Assembly (NCBI RefSeq): GCF_000009705.1
Contig: NC_003272.1
Span: 360,001 to 392,000 of the forward strand
Origin: Nostoc sp. PCC 7120 = FACHB-418
GTDB lineage: Bacteria; Cyanobacteriota; Cyanobacteriia; Cyanobacteriales; Nostocaceae
Direction of reading: 5' to 3'
DNA: 32,000 nt
Part shown: piece after piece, positions 31,433 to 32,000 of the stretch
How the letters are laid out: each line of letters starts with the position of its first letter
How positions within the stretch are numbered: position 1 is the first letter of the stretch
Program-made: the position numbers and the translations under genes
Notes under the pieces: generated by a model
The model's database searches: none
Seen by the model: the letters and a program-made list of their open reading frames with translations, nothing else
What the model was told of the DNA's origin: nothing

Positions 31433-32000
31433 TCATTCGCTTTGCACCTCTGCGTGAGATAAATCACCCTCCAAATACACAACATCCACCTGCTCAACCT
31501 GCTGTGTTTTACCATCCAGCAAACAACTAATAGTCATATCTCCCATGACATTGATTGCAGTCCGACAGCGATCGAGAAACCAATCCACCGTAATCAAGAG
31601 GGCAATATATTGAGTCGGCAATCCTACCGCCGTAAACACCAGCGTCATTGTCACCAGTCCAGCTTCAGGAATCCCCGCAGCGCCCACAGAAGCGATGATT
31701 GAGGTGAACACTACCATCAATTGTTGGGGTAGATTTAAATGCAGTCCCAACAACTGACCAACAAATAAAGCAGACATGGCTTCATACAAGGCCGTCCCAT
31801 CATTGTTGAAATTGCTACCTACCAAAGCCCCCAGAGATGCGGAAGATTCCCGCACACCGATTTTCTGCATCAAAGCTTGGAAGGTTACAGGCATGGCGGC
31901 TGTGGATGAGGCGGTAGAAAAAGCTGTTAACAGTGCATCGCTACCACCACGGAGAAACCTTTGGGGACTTACCCAAGAACCAAATTTAACTCGGAGTGTA
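31433..32000 (-). CDS. dicarboxylate/amino acid:cation symporter (DAACS/GltP family), C-terminal part; the 5' end lies beyond the window
   Basis: The frame stays open upstream of the track Met to position 32000 (TLRVKFGSWVSPQRFLRGGSDALLTAFSTASSTAAMPVTF). Family motifs are AFSTASS.A.MPVT, GIPEAGLVTMTLV and DRCRTAINVMGD. Confidence 0.85.
   Translation of the reverse strand, partial: TLRVKFGSWVSPQRFLRGGSDALLTAFSTASSTAAMPVTFQALMQKIGVRESSASLGALVGSNFNNDGTALYEAMSALFVGQLLGLHLNLPQQLMVVFTSIIASVGAAGIPEAGLVTMTLVFTAVGLPTQYIALLITVDWFLDRCRTAINVMGDMTISCLLDGKTQQVEQVDVVYLEGDLSHAEVQSE

Noticed and set aside
1-32000. tRNA, rRNA, riboswitch or group I/II intron signatures.
   Set aside because: By eye I found no GTTCGAATC-type T-loop with a matching acceptor stem, no rRNA-like conserved blocks and no recognisable riboswitch cores in the spacers. 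A covariance-model scan would be needed to be certain.

Overview
This looks like a chromosomal segment of a Nostoc/Anabaena-type filamentous cyanobacterium. The evidence is psaD, a ccmK3-ccmK4 carboxysome-shell pair, about 27 copies of the HIP1 octamer GCGATCGC (hand count), and several STRR-type heptamer arrays. From unverified memory, the gene order resembles the all0323-all0330 neighbourhood of Nostoc sp. PCC 7120.

Gene content, left to right:
- alpha/beta hydrolase (-)
- ccmK3 and ccmK4 (+)
- a sulfate ABC-transporter operon sbpA-cysT-cysW plus a stand-alone NIL-domain gene (-), with no ATPase gene
- an 1808-aa Ser/Thr-kinase/P-loop/TPR/GAF/histidine-kinase protein (-)
- a compact three-gene cassette: heme-oxygenase-like di-iron candidate, SAM methyltransferase, cytokinin-dehydrogenase-like flavoprotein (-)
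- class II glutamine amidotransferase, trpE, psaD and a soluble GAF histidine kinase (all -)
- a GDE-type glycogen debranching enzyme (+)
- a decayed RTX-type calcium-binding gene remnant (-)
- two small conserved cyanobacterial genes (-)
- thrS (+)
- a small accessory islet: an orphan, a MazF-type toxin-antitoxin pair, a small acidic protein, and a sensor-less HTH/NB-ARC STAND NTPase
- a short DUF2207-like protein with a 21-glycine tail (-)
- the 3' part of a DAACS-family symporter gene running off the window (-)

The best candidates for something undescribed are:
1. The orphan oxidative cassette at 11684-14501, whose substrate is unknown.
2. The minimal STAND NTPase embedded among toxin-antitoxin modules at 27675-30490.
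3. The dyad-symmetric G-run/C-run heptamer structure filling the psaD-trpE spacer.

I found no rRNA, tRNA or CRISPR array by eye. Every call rests on reading the translated ORFs, remembered family motifs and manual inspection of intergenic DNA. No searches or folding computations were run, and DUF/Pfam names are from memory.
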